Shown one piece after another: positions 50,536 to 62,843 of a stretch of DNA of 64,000 bases; positions within the stretch are counted from its first letter, which is position 1; each line of letters starts with the position of its first letter. The position numbers were made by a program, and so were the translations under genes. Below the pieces are notes generated by a model. It saw nothing but the letters and a program-made list of their open reading frames with translations, searched no databases and had not been told where the DNA came from. The stretch is from a bacterium (GTDB lineage Bacteria > Zhuqueibacterota > Zhuqueibacteria > Residuimicrobiales > Krinioviventaceae): positions 1 through 64,000 of the forward strand of contig CAXXFV010000025.1 of NCBI GenBank assembly GCA_963674595.2, given 5' to 3'.

Positions 50536-51047
50536 CGGCTTTTGTCCAATGGAGAAAATTAATAATTATGTCTAAATGTTTGGAGAAAAAGAAAACCGAA
50601 AAAATTGGGGTGGCAATTTTCAACCGGATTGGGTGGCAGTTTTCAAACGGAACAGGTGGCAACTTTCACCGGATTGGGTGGCAATTTTGATCCGGAATAT
50701 GCAGTATGATAGCTTATGTCCAATTTTTTAATTTTTTTTCTTACCTTAAAGCTACTAAATAAATATTTGGCAATATTTGTGCAATTGCTGATTCCTGCTT
50801 ATAAGGACAGAATTATAAATGAAATTCGATACAAGGACGCGTCAGGGGACAAATTACCAACAATATAAAAAAGTATAGAGAATGATTGAATCCAAGTCAT
50901 GGGAGAGATGCGCTTATTGACAGCTACCAGGAAAGACTTTATAAAGAGTATCTTTAAATCCACAAGTCTTTCGTTTGTGAGATATGGTATCAATTGATAA
51001 ATATATTTTTTATATATAGAGTCAAGTTTTCTTGACGAAATTTATAA

Positions 51048-51064
51048 TTGGCACGGCAGTTGCA
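51048..51064 (+). promoter_or_regulatory. Consensus sigma54 promoter
   Basis: TTGGCACGGCAGTTGCA, GG-N10-GC. Confidence 0.65.
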
Positions 51065-51124
51065 GTGATATGTTGTAGAATATCTAATTAGGAGAAAATG
51101 ATAAGATTGATTTGTTGAGGTGTT

Positions 51125-51334
51125 TTGTATATGCAAACAGTTTCTAATGAAAAACTGCCTAACTATGTTGATGAATATATGGTTTCTAAAATTACCGGAA
51201 TTAAAGTATCTACTCTACGGGACCAACGGTTTAGACGGAAAGGATTACCATTCATAAAAATTGGTCGATTAGTTCGGTATGACCTGGATGTGATCATTGA
51301 AATATTTAAGAAAAATACTGTTAAATGTGATTAA
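51125..51334 (+). CDS. Excisionase/AlpA-like HTH protein
   Basis: VSKITGIKVSTLRDQR...GLPFIKIGRLVRY. Confidence 0.8.
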   Translation: MYMQTVSNEKLPNYVDEYMVSKITGIKVSTLRDQRFRRKGLPFIKIGRLVRYDLDVIIEIFKKNTVKCD

Positions 51335-51771
51335 AATATAAAAATTGGGAGGGGAAAGATGTTGGTTTTAAATGAAAAAGGCTTAGCTTATTATCTAAGC
51401 TTTTTTTATGTAATTTTTGAGGACCAGCATTAATCTTATGTCCTTTGTGGGATAAACGTAAATCAGTAAAAAAATACGGGGAAATTTTGAAGCCGTTTGA
51501 TAGAATGGTTGCTTTTATTGACGCCTACCAGGAATCATTGATTCAAGTATGTATTTAAGACAAAAAACAGATCAGGGAACTTGTGTAAAAAATAGTTTTT
51601 GATGCAGTATAAATTTTTATAGAAGACAAAATTATATGAGATTAAAATATCAAAATTAGGTGGGGGATAGGGTGGGGGACGGTGTTTTATGATAAAGAAA
51701 ATAGCTTAAAATATTACCATTTAAGCGTATGTTTTTATATAGATAAAAGATGATATATTTTTGCAATTATT

Positions 51772-51820
51772 CATTGGCCTCCGGAGCCAAAGGTTGTGGG
51801 TTCGATTCCCGCCTGGCGTA
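51772..51820 (+). tRNA. 3' portion of tRNA-Arg(CCG), probable att-site duplication
   Basis: Anticodon arm TTGGC-CTCCGGA-GCCAA, T arm GTGGG-TTCGATT-CCCGC; 5' acceptor strand and D arm missing. Confidence 0.85.
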
Positions 51821-51935
51821 CTAAATAAATTATCTAAACACAAAAGCCCGTTAATTTGACGGGCTTTTGTGTTTTATTGAGCACATTTTTTAGCGAAAAT
51901 AGGGGAAAATGATGATAAAATGTGATACAAATGAT
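51821..51935 (+). repeat. Terminator-containing segment, duplicated at ~62793-62905
   Basis: AAAAGCCCGTTAATTTGACGGGCTTTT and flanks shared by both sites. Confidence 0.85.
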
Positions 51936-52705
51936 AAATTTTAGTATTCAAAAGAAATTGAATTTGTTTCTGCTTATGCGGTTCAGTGTGGATTTGCCAG
52001 TCAAGACAAATTATGATGAAGAAAAGTGATTAGACTGTAATGATTCAAGGTAAACTTGAGAATACGTAACATTTATAATATTCGATTTACTCAATAATAC
52101 AGGTCAAAAAAAACAAATATTTAATAAAAGGGTTGACTTTTTTAAATTAAATTATTTGTTTATTTAAACATAGTTTGTATATAAGACTATGTTTAGAATG
52201 ATATGGGCGATTACAAATAATTTCAAACACTATTTAGTAAAAAATTAATAGGGTAGAAGATACTACATTATATTGGAGTAACTTGTCCGTAATTGTATAG
52301 ACATAAAATCGTCTTATTCATGGATAGTTATGAATCTTTTATATTTTTATCTAAATGAAAATGCAGAGTCTATTCGTCTTGGTTTTGCCTGGTAAGCAAT
52401 TGTCAAGCGTTAATAAAGGACACATTGGGTGTAATGGGCCTTTTTCTGTTTGAATTTCTCTGCATTTATAGTATAGAATTATTAGGGTATTATTCAACGG
52501 ATTTTTACCTCTTAGATATTATGGCAAAATATTTATAATAGGAGAGCTGATCTGATTTTATAAGTATATGATTTATTTTTGGAAATATATGATGTAGAGG
52601 TTGCTTTTTAGTGTAAAATATTTGTCTATTATGATCTTAAATTTATTTGCACTGCAAGTTATTTAAATTACAAATGTTTTGACTCATTAGAAATCCTGTT
52701 GATTT

Positions 52706-53110
52706 ATGAAAAGAGTATTAATCGTACATCATTCGAGTAAAATCAGTGGCGCTGAAAAAAGCCTGATTGATTATATAGAGATTGCGTGCCGATTAAAATT
52801 TCACAATTTTCGTTTTCATTTTGTTTGTCCAAGGGGTGATCTTTATACCAAACTATGTTATTATGATGTTGTATTAGACACTTTACCTTTAAAAAGGTTA
52901 AAACGTACTAAAAATATTTTAAAATTAGCTAGGGATGTCATTCACATTGGTTTTATAAATGCCAAAATGTATTATTTTTTGTTAAAAAATAAAATTGATC
53001 TTGTCCATGCTAATACCTCTACTTCTGCCTGCTATAGTATCTTGGCTGTAAAACTTTTAAATATTCCATTTATTTGGCATGTCCGGGACATCCGGGAAAG
53101 TTACTTATGA
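52706..53110 (+). pseudogene. Glycosyltransferase family 4 N-terminal fragment truncated by an IS3 end
   Basis: SGAEKSL, DLVHANT, PFIWHVRD; stop coincides with IS end TGAAGTTTACCTAAAAAATCAGACAC. Confidence 0.8.
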
Positions 53111-53785
53111 AGTTTACCTAAAAAATCAGACACAGAGAAAAGTTCGTTTTTGATTAAATTGTTTTTCAAAGTTAACTGGTGAAATATAATTCAAGCTTGA
53201 ATGAATTCGTTTGTGATTATAAAAGATGTCAATATAGTCAAAGATTTTTTGTTCAGCATCGTGAAAGGATTCAAATCGCTCAAAAGAATAAAATTCTGAT
53301 TTGAATGTATTAAAAAACTATTCCATAACAGCATTGTCATAACAATCACCTTTACGACTCATACTTTGAATAATGCCATGTTCTTTTAAAAAAGTTTTAA
53401 CTTCAATACTTGTATACTGAATACCTCGATCTGAATGAAAGATTAAACCTTTTTCCGGTTCACGACTGATAACAGCCTTCTTTAGAGCGTTCAGTACAAA
53501 GTCCAAAGACAGGTCACGACTCAAGGACCAGCTAATAATCTGCCGGGAAAATAAATCCATAATCGCGACCAGATACATCCACTGATTCCGGACTTTGATA
53601 AAAGTAATATCAGAAAGCCAAATCTGGTCCGGCTGTTCAGCATGAAAGTTTTGTTTTAACAAATTTGCAGCAACACGAAATTTATGTTTTGAATATGCCG
53701 TAGCTTTATATTTTTTCTTAATTTTTGAACGTATATTATTCTCTCGCATCAAGCGTGCAACACGATTTTTACTACTTTTTATGAG
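53108..53785 (-). mobile_element. IS3-family remnant (orfB integrase core, internal stop)
   Basis: WLSDITFI, MDLFSRQII, FHSDRGIQY, SMSRKGDCYDNAVME. Confidence 0.85.
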
Positions 53786-53846
53786 CTATGGTTGAATAAC
53801 CCACAAAATATGGCCCTGGGATATTTAATAAATTTTTAAAAACCAC

Positions 53847-54008
53847 TTGCATTGATTTAACAAAATTTGTATAATCATCTATCAGATATAAAGGATTGCT
53901 TTTCAGGATGATTTGGTCGAACATGGGAGTTCCTGAAGTCTTTAGACTGATTTACCACACACATTAATGGGATTTAAAAACTACACGAGGAATAAATTGC
54001 GTCTGGTT
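53847..54008 (+). ncRNA. Sigma70-like promoter plus candidate structured ncRNA, copy B
   Basis: TTGCAT-17-TATAAT; hairpin starts at 53881; TTCAGGA/TCCTGAA and ATCAG/CTGAT stems. Confidence 0.55.
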
Positions 54009-54123
54009 CAAAATTTTATTCCTACTATAAAACAGATAAAATGCTGGACAGTAAAGCGTCCTGCCTATCTGGTAGTTTTTATTGTAAAGGTTAAAGGTAA
54101 ACTTGAGAAAAGGCATATTTAAA

Positions 54124-55070
54124 TCAAGTTAGTTTTAAGCAGCCTTTACGGTTTTTTTGTTTTCCCATCTTCCTTGGCGGGCTAAGTTTCATATCACGTT
54201 CTTTGAAAATACTATCAACTTTTCCGGATAATTTGTCAAAGGAAGTAATAAATCCAATAGTACTGTGTAACCAGTTTTCGTTGTATTGATGGATATACGT
54301 TGAGACTTTTTCCGGCATCCTCCAGATTAATCATAATTTGAATTCGGGTGCATTCATTTTTAATGCTTTTATGCAAAGCTTCAATTTTACCATTCGAGGT
54401 GAACGATAAATCTCGAAAGTCCGGCGTTCTAAAGGACACGATAGGTAGTTGACGGACTAACAACAACGACATTTTCATCAAGCATCATATAGATCAGTCG
54501 TTTCTAGCCGATTTGCATATGTTCCTTTTTGTATTTTATGATACGTTGACACTCCCACGGTTCCAGCCAAAAGCTGCGAGGTGTGTCGCTATTATGTTGA
54601 TTTGGTTGACCAAAACGGTTTTACCCGTCTTAGTATTGGGTCCATGACAAACCAATGGTCTTGAGTAATAAATTCAAAGGAACACCGGTTTTTGCCTTTA
54701 ACGTTTACAGAGAGAACAAAGCATCATCTCTAACATCAGGAGCAAACCAGTTCTTTTTCAGGTTGCCCCAAAATACTTTTATAGCAAATCAACGACCTCT
54801 GTGGGGAGTTCGGTGATGTCTTTGCATTTTACTGACTTTTGTCTCAAGACGTTTTTCTTTGACAGATTTTCCTTTACGCTTTTTATGCTTGCCGAAAAAA
54901 CCATTAAGCGCATTTTCAAAGAGCTCCACTTCCAACTATAGGATGAATATTATATTGTTTAGCTAATTCGGATATGCTGATCTTATTTTCTAAATGTTCT
55001 CTTAAAAGTTGGACTTTTTCTTCAGCAGTACAGCTTCTTCGTTTGCTCGTTGGGCCTCCATTTTCCATCA
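54124..55070 (-). pseudogene. Degenerate IS3/IS481-like transposase
   Basis: SNGKIEALHKSIKNEC and YNENWLHSTIGFIT in different frames; extent approximate. Confidence 0.65.
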
Positions 55071-55494
55071 TAGACTAATTTAATATTTTGGCCCTTTTCT
55101 TAATTTCAAAGATGAGTATTATAGTTCAATAGACTGGATTCGTGTTTAGGGTCTAGATTTTAGTTTAGAACGTCCAGATTTGACATATTAGTTTCCAACT
55201 CTATCGCCAGTTATACGAATTTAACCGGTACAGTTTTTATCGGTTTTATAATTCTGATAACAAACTTGAAAAAGAAACAATTATTGATTTCATAATGATT
55301 GTATTCAAAGAACCTGAAAATCAATATCCTCCTTTGTCAAATGATCAGGTTACACTCTTAACATAGTAATAGACATTATTTTTTTGCACTTATCCTTACC
55401 GACATTGTCGGAAGGTCTTTAGATGAAAAAATAAATTAACATACAGCTTGTCTTTCTACAAAATCTTGTGATTTTTTAATAGGAGAATGGGAAT

Positions 55495-58400
55495 ATGTGT
55501 AATGTTAAAAAGTGTAAACAAAAATTAGTTTTTCAGGTTATTGTGGGAATATTTTGTTTTGTAATTTTAGCTGATGCTCAAGAGGTCAACTCTGAGTCAT
55601 CGGTTTCAGAAACAAAAAAAATTCTTATTGGACAGAATACAATAAAGCCAAATAAACCAGTCGGGACATCAGATCCTGAAGAGAATAAAATCTATAAAGA
55701 CAAGGTTACTCCGGAAAAGGTTGTCCCGGTTTCTGTTAAAGAGGACAAAATTTATGAAGACAAGGCTACTCCGGAAGAAGTCGTTCCGGTTTCTCTTGAA
55801 GAGGACAAAATCTATGAGGACAAGGTTACTCCGGAAGAGGTTGTCCCGGTTTCCGTTAAAGAGGACAAAATCTATGAGGACAAGGCCACTCCGGAAGAGG
55901 TTGTCCCGGTTTCTGTTGAAGAGAATAAAATCTATAAAGACAAGGTTCCTCCGGAAGAGGTTGTCCCGGTTTCTGTTGAAGAGGACAAAATCTATAAAGA
56001 TGCGAATAACCCTGACGATATTAGCACAAGTAAAATTGTATCCAGCCCTCAATCTTTACCTGATTTAGAACCATATGCCCGCAGTGGCTGGGATAACAAG
56101 ATTGTATTATCCACCTCAACAGGAACCACCACAACAAGTTCAACGATATATAATGATCAGACAATATATGTGGACTATTCATGCATAAATACCGGAGATG
56201 CCAATGCAGGCGCATTCAAACTCGGATTTTATATTGACGGTACATTAAAACAATATGCCTCACTAGCCTCACTAGCAGCAGGTTATCACGGTTACATACT
56301 GGATTCGAATATTGGTACTTTAAGCGCCGGTACTCATACATTTATGATTAAAGCAGATTATGAGAACAGTGTAAGTGAGTCCGATGAAACCAATAATACA
56401 TACAGCCGTACTTTTACAATTACAGCCCGGACAACGGGCAAACCTGATTTGGAACCATATGCCCGCAGCGGCTGGGATAACAAGATTGTATTATCCACCT
56501 CAACAGGAACCACCACAACAAGTTCAACGATATATAATGATCAGACAATATATGTGGACTATTCATGTATAAATACCGGAGATGCCGATGCAGGCGCATT
56601 CAAACTCGGATTTTATATTGACGGTACATTAAAACAATATGCCTCACTAGCCTCACTAGCAGCAGGTTATCACGGTTACATACTGGATTCGAATATTGGT
56701 ACTTTAAGCGCCGGTACTCATACATTTATGATTAAAGCAGATTATGAGAACAGTGTAAGCGAGTCCGATGAAACCAATAATACATACAGCCGTACTTTTA
56801 CAATTACAGCCCGGACAACGGGCAAACCTGATTTGGAACCATATGCCCGCAGCGGCTGGGATAACAAGATTGTATTATCCACCTCAACAGGAACCACCAC
56901 AACAAGTTCAACGATATATAATGATCAGACAATATATGTGGACTATTCATGTATAAATACCGGAGATGCCGATGCAGGAGCATTCAAACTCGGATTTTAT
57001 ATTGACGGTACATTAAAACAATATGCCTCACTAGCCTCACTAGCAGCAGGCTATCACGGTTATGTACTGGATTCGAATATTGGTACTTTAAGTGCCGGTA
57101 CTCACACATTCATGATTAAAGCAGATTATGAGAACAGTGTAAGCGAGTCTGATGAAAATAATAATACATACAGCCGAACTTTTACAATTACGGCGCGCAC
57201 AACAGGCAAACCTGATTTGGAACCATATGCCCGCAGTGGCTGGGATGACAAGATCGTATTGTCCACCACAACAGGAACCACCACAACAAGTTCAACGATA
57301 TATAGTGATCAGACAATATATGTGGACTTTTCATGCATAAATACCGGAGATGCCGATGCAGGAGCATTCAAACTCGGATTATATATTGACGGTACATTAA
57401 AACAATATGCCTCACTAGCCTCACTAGCAGCAGGCTATCACGGTTATGTACTGGATTCGAATATTGGTACTTTAAGTGCCGGTACTCACACATTCATGAT
57501 TAAAGCAGATTATGAGAACAGTGTAAGCGAGTCTGATGAAAATAATAATACATACAGCCGAACTTTTACAATTACGGCGCGCACAACAGGCAAACCTGAT
57601 TTGGAACCATATGCCCGCAGTGGCTGGGATGACAAGATCGTATTGTCCACCACAACAGGAACCACCACAACAAGTTCAACGATATATGATGATCAGACAA
57701 TATATGTGGACTTTTCATGTGTAAATACCGGAGATGCCGATGCAGGAGCATTCAAACTCGGATTTTATATTGATGGTACATTGAAAAAATATGCCTCACT
57801 AGCCTCATTAGCAGCAGGCTATCACGGTTATGTACTGGATTCGAATATTGGTACTTTAAGCGCCGGTACTCATACATTTATGATTAAAGCCGATTATGAG
57901 AACAGCGTAAGTGAGTCTGATGAAAACAATAATACATACAGCCGTACATTTACAATTACGGCGCGCACAACGGGACCTGATATAAATGTAAACCCTCTTA
58001 GTATTACGATTAGAGAACGCAAAAGTAACAGCTCGAATAATTACCTAACCGACTATCATAATCAAATTAATGAATATACCACAGGTCTCATCATCCCAGA
58101 GCATATAAAACAATATTGGATTACTCATGAACCAAAAGCCAAAGGTTATAAAACTATTAATCTTAAAAGTTCTATTGATTGGAGTGTAAATGATAGTCCT
58201 GTTAAATCTCAAGGCTCCTGTGGCTCCTGTTGGGCATTTTCGACAATAGGTTTGATTGAAAATCTTAGTGGATTGTCGGATCTTTCCGAGCAGGTAATCG
58301 TATCTTGTGTGCCACCTGAAAGCAATATGAATAATAATTGCAGTGGCGGATGGTATGGCTATGCTTTAAAATATATTCATTCTGATGGTGTTCCTGAAGA

Positions 58401-60715
58401 AAATTGCTATACTTATTTGGCTGAAAATGGTGACTGTTCAGATAAATGTGATAATCCCGGACTGTTAGTTACCGTAGATGAATATGATGAATTTGGCAAC
58501 TGGGGTGTTCCTACATCATCTACTGTTAATGACTTAAAATCTTTATTACAAAATGGCCCGGTACTAGTAAGTATGCGGGGTACCGAATGATGGCACTTTT
58601 AATGGATATACGAGTGGTGTATATAATTATGAAGGAGGAACTATACCAGAAGATAGGGGGCATGCTGTACTTTTAGTTGGATATAATGACAGCCAACAAT
58701 ATTTTAGAGTAAAAAATAGTTGGGGACCAGGATGGGGTGAAAACGGCTATTTTCGTATTTCTTACGATGATGTAACTGATGATGTACAATTTGGGGGATA
58801 TGCTTGTACAGCATCTGGAACAAATGTTGAAGGAGAGGAAGATAATACTTTCACAATTTTTAATACCGGCAATGAATTATTAAAAGTAGATAATATCAGT
58901 ACAAATAAAAGCTGGTTAATTTTGAACCCAAATGCACCATTATCAATACAACCATCGAGCTCTGAGGTTATTTCGTGTAATGTTGATTGGGATAAAGTTT
59001 ATTCTTCTCAAGATATATGTACTATCACTATTCATTCAAATGATTCTGATGAACCAGTTGTAAATGTACAAGTAACGGCAATACCTGAAGATTATACGCC
59101 TCCACCACCGCCTGATGCTGATATATATTTAACTATCCCTGATACAGAAGCGTCCTCCGGTAGTACGGTCAACATTCCAATAATCGCAGAATCAGGTTTT
59201 AAGGATGTTGCTATAATAGAATTGCACATAGGTTTTGATAATGATTTATTAACTTATTCTGGAATGAGCAGTGATTACGGTTTGACCAGTAGCGATGTAT
59301 CTTTATCGGACGATCAGATCACTATCGTTTGGGTTTATTCAGGTAGTATGATGAATGTTCCGGATGCAGGGAGTTTAATAACATTAGAATTTCAGGTAAA
59401 TAATAATGCAAGTCAGGGTGAAAGTTGTAATATTGAATTTACAGGATCAAATAATATCGGTGATGTCAATGAAAATCCGTATGAACTTGATCTGAGTAAT
59501 GGGATATTTACGGTATCTTCTGGTCATAGTATCTCTGGGAAAATATTATATTGTGCAACTGAGTCACCTTTAATAAACAATAAAATAATATTAAGTGGTG
59601 ACGATAATAAAACAGTATATACGAATTCCACCGGAGAATATCTGTTTGAGACTATTGTGGGAAATCTATTAGTGACGCCACAAAAACCGGGTGATACAAA
59701 TGGTGCAATAAATGGATTTGACCTTTTAAGGTTAAAGAATTATCTGTTGGGTACAACCGAATTATCGGAATATGCACGACTTTCATCGGATTGCAACGGT
59801 GACAAGTCCGTAAACGGTTTTGATCTTTTAAGATTAAAGAACTATATACTTGGAACTCAGGTTGGTGCGCCAATGGGAGAGTGGGTTTTTAGCCCTGCAA
59901 AATATAGTTATAGCCCTTTAAATAGTAAAAAAATCAATCAGGATTTTAAAAGCTATATAATCGGTGATGTGAATTTAAATTGGCTTAGTAGTAATGCATC
60001 TTTAGCAAAATCTGATAATAGCGGCGAAGTTAAATTCAGCGACTGTTATTATGATAATGATAAGAATATTCATGTTTCTGTTAAAAGTGATCAGAATTTA
60101 GCTCTGGGAATGTTGGATTGGTGTATTGATTATGATACCACACTGTTCGACTTTAAAGCTCTTGAAAGCCGGTTTTTAAAACTGGGTGATTATCAAGTGA
60201 GAGAAGGGCAAATACAGATTGTGTGGATTTACTCCGGCAAGGAAGAGGAATTTGCTTGTGATCAAACGATCTGCACACTAGTCTTAAAACCGAAAGAAAC
60301 ATTGTATTCTGGAAAGATTTCATTTGTGGGAGATAATCATTTGTCAAAAGGCAACGAAGCGCCATACAAGTTAGAATATAAAGATATTGAGATTGATCTA
60401 TCGGTATTATCAAAGTTCGAGGAGAGGCAGGTACCCACTGAAACATGTCTTTATTCAAATTATCCAAATCCTTTTAATCCAACAACAACAATAAGTTATT
60501 ATGTGAAGAAAATATCAGATGTGGAAATAAAAATATATAATATTCGAGGTGAACTGCAGAAATCATACTCTTATAAGAATCAGGCGCCCGGATTTTACCA
60601 GGTAGAATGGAATACTACAGAGGCAAGTGGAATCGCTTTACCCAGTGGTATTTATTTTTATAGGTTATGTTGTAACGATAAAGTTTTCACAAAAAGAATG
60701 TTGCTAATCAAATAG
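55495..60715 (+). CDS. Secreted papain-family (C1A) protease with 5 CARDB-like repeats, cohesin, dockerin and T9SS-type CTD; +1 frameshift at 58577-58580
   Basis: QGSCGSCWAF before the shift; GHAVLLVGY and KNSWG after it, in frame with ORF 58922; two NGFDLLRLKNY dockerin repeats; NYPNPFNP tail. Confidence 0.85.
55681..56000 (+). repeat. 60-bp (20-aa) tandem repeats, 5 full plus partial
   Basis: EDKIYEDKVTPEEVVPVSVK units. Confidence 0.95.
56059..57978 (+). repeat. Five near-identical 384-bp (128-aa) CARDB-like repeats
   Basis: Units start at 56059, 56443, 56827, 57211, 57595; PDL...NTG...ESDExNN signature. Confidence 0.95.
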
Positions 60716-60720
60716 AAAAA

Positions 60721-62736
60721 GTGATAGGTGATATGATGAAGAAATGGACATTAATTTTAGGTATCGTTTTTGTAACAAGTATTTTTGGATTTATTCAGAG
60801 TTATGGTGCAACAATCGAACTTTCCTTACCAGATACGTACGCTGAATCCGGCGCTTCAATAACTCTTCCTATAACTGTTAAAGGATTTTCAAATGTTGCA
60901 ATCATTGAATTGCATATAAGTTATGATACAGAGGTGTTATCCTATCAATCAACCAGCAGTAATTATTTGAATGAGGGAGATGTGAATGATATTGGTGGAC
61001 AGTTAAATATCGTATGGATCTATGGCGGTACTCCTTTATCAATTTCGGACGGGAATAGTTTATTGGTGTTTAACTTCGCTGTGGTTGGCAATTCCGGTGA
61101 TGTCAGTAATTTGGCTTTTGTTGGAAATAACAATATCGGTGATCCCAATGAAAATCCATTTACTCTTGATTTAAATAATGGAAAATTAACTGTCTCCTCC
61201 TCCTTAACCTTGTCGCTCAATGTGAGTCCACCGGGATCAGGAACTGTTAGCAAAAATCCGGATAAGACGAATTTTTCTCTTAATGAATCTGTAGAGTTGC
61301 AGGCGAATGCCAAAACCGGCTATCAATTTGATCATTGGGAAGGTGATTTGAGTGGAACTGCAAATCCTAAAATTATTACAATGCAAAAAAGCAAGACAAT
61401 AACAGCCTGTTTTACACCAAGCGAAACTCCGGAAAGCGTATCCCCCCCCAATCAGCCGAGCGGTCCTTCTGATGGCAAAGTCGGGCAAAGTTTATCATTC
61501 ACCAGTGAAGGCTCAAACAGCAGTCTTGGACACGATGTGGAATATCAGTTTGATTGGGGTGACGGATCACAATCAAGCTGGGGCGCTTCAACAAAAAGCC
61601 ACACTTTTAGCAGCACAGGTACTAAATATGTTAAAGCGCGTGCCCGTTGTCAAACGCATACGGATATTGTTTCAGACTGGTCTGCTGTTAAAACTGTTAC
61701 AATATCCTACTGTGTTTTAACGGTCAATATAAACCCTACCGGTAAAGGAAGTGTTACTAAAAACCCAAACAAGACCAATTTTACTTATAATGAAACAGTT
61801 CAGTTGACTGCTAACCCAATTTCAGGTTATTACCTTAATAGTTGGGATGGTGCGTTAAGTGGTAGTTCCAATCCACAAACATTGACAATGAGCAGCGATA
61901 AAAGCGTTACGGCCAATTTCACTCAAAACCAAAGTCAGGAGACCGTCTCCACACCAAATAAACCAAGCGGTCCTTCTAGCGGCAAGGTTGGGCAAAGTTT
62001 AGCTTTCAGTACTGGTGGTTCGAGCAGCAATTTGGGACATACGGTTGAATATCAGTTTGACTGGGGAGATGGCACACAATCGAGCTGGGGGTCGGAAACG
62101 CAGAGCCATGCTTTTAGCAGCTCCGGTAACAAATATGTAAAAGCACGCGCCCGATGTCAAACACACACAAGTATTGTTTCCGGCTGGTCAGGCACAAAAT
62201 CTGTTGCTCTTTCTTACTGTAATCTTGTAATTTCTTCAAGTCCATCAGGTTCTGGTAGCGTGAATATAATTCCAAACAAGACTAACTTTAGTTATAACGA
62301 ATCTGTACAATTAGAAGCAGTAGCAAATTCAGGCTTTACATTTGATTATTGGGGTGGAATAAGCGGAAGCGTAAATCCTAAAAATATAACGATGACGCAG
62401 GATAAGGATGTTACGGCTTATTTTACACCCAGTTCGGACGTAACATGTGAATCTAATGATATTGAAAACATAAAATCTTATCGATTGAATCAGAATTACC
62501 CTAATCCCTTTAATCCTGAAACAACGATTAGTTTCCAGTTACCAAAATTATCTTATATCAAGCTTGCTATTTATAACCTTTCCGGTCAACTCGTAGAGAC
62601 ATTACTTGATGGTTTCCATACTGCAGGAGAATACAATGTAAAATGGAGACCTGAAGGCCTTGCAAACGGAATTTATTTATACAGGTTAAAAGCTGATAAT
62701 TATATTGAGACCAGGAAATTAATTTTACAAAAATAG
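60721..62736 (+). CDS. Secreted cohesin + InlB-B-type repeats + PKD-like repeats + T9SS-type CTD
   Basis: Signal peptide; cohesin paralogous to the upstream gene; FDHWEGDLSG; FDWGDG twice; QNYPNPFNP tail. Confidence 0.85.
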   Translation: MIGDMMKKWTLILGIVFVTSIFGFIQSYGATIELSLPDTYAESGASITLPITVKGFSNVAIIELHISYDTEVLSYQSTSSNYLNEGDVNDIGGQLNIVWIYGGTPLSISDGNSLLVFNFAVVGNSGDVSNLAFVGNNNIGDPNENPFTLDLNNGKLTVSSSLTLSLNVSPPGSGTVSKNPDKTNFSLNESVELQANAKTGYQFDHWEGDLSGTANPKIITMQKSKTITACFTPSETPESVSPPNQPSGPSDGKVGQSLSFTSEGSNSSLGHDVEYQFDWGDGSQSSWGASTKSHTFSSTGTKYVKARARCQTHTDIVSDWSAVKTVTISYCVLTVNINPTGKGSVTKNPNKTNFTYNETVQLTANPISGYYLNSWDGALSGSSNPQTLTMSSDKSVTANFTQNQSQETVSTPNKPSGPSSGKVGQSLAFSTGGSSSNLGHTVEYQFDWGDGTQSSWGSETQSHAFSSSGNKYVKARARCQTHTSIVSGWSGTKSVALSYCNLVISSSPSGSGSVNIIPNKTNFSYNESVQLEAVANSGFTFDYWGGISGSVNPKNITMTQDKDVTAYFTPSSDVTCESNDIENIKSYRLNQNYPNPFNPETTISFQLPKLSYIKLAIYNLSGQLVETLLDGFHTAGEYNVKWRPEGLANGIYLYRLKADNYIETRKLILQK

Positions 62737-62812
62737 TTTATTAGGCTGGGCGTGTGTTAAGAAGCATCCCACAGTTTGGTACGTTTAATAAACTAGATAA
62801 ATTATCTAAAAA

Positions 62813-62843
62813 CAAAAGCCCGTTAATTTGACGGGCTTTTTTT
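62813..62843 (+). terminator. Intrinsic terminator
   Basis: AAAAGCCCGTT-AATTT-GACGGGCTTTT. Confidence 0.8.

Larger units (their letters stand above)
48130..50703 (-). mobile_element. IS21-family insertion sequence
   Basis: Ends TGCGTATTCCGG / CCGGAATATGCA; multiple subterminal GGTGGCAA repeats at 50609-50695; istAB inside. Confidence 0.92.

Noticed and set aside
51772-51820. Functional tRNA gene
   Set aside because: 5' acceptor strand and D arm are absent.
55394-55415. Palindrome CCTTACCGACATTGTCGGAAGG upstream of the protease gene
   Set aside because: Single occurrence; cannot assign operator or terminator function.
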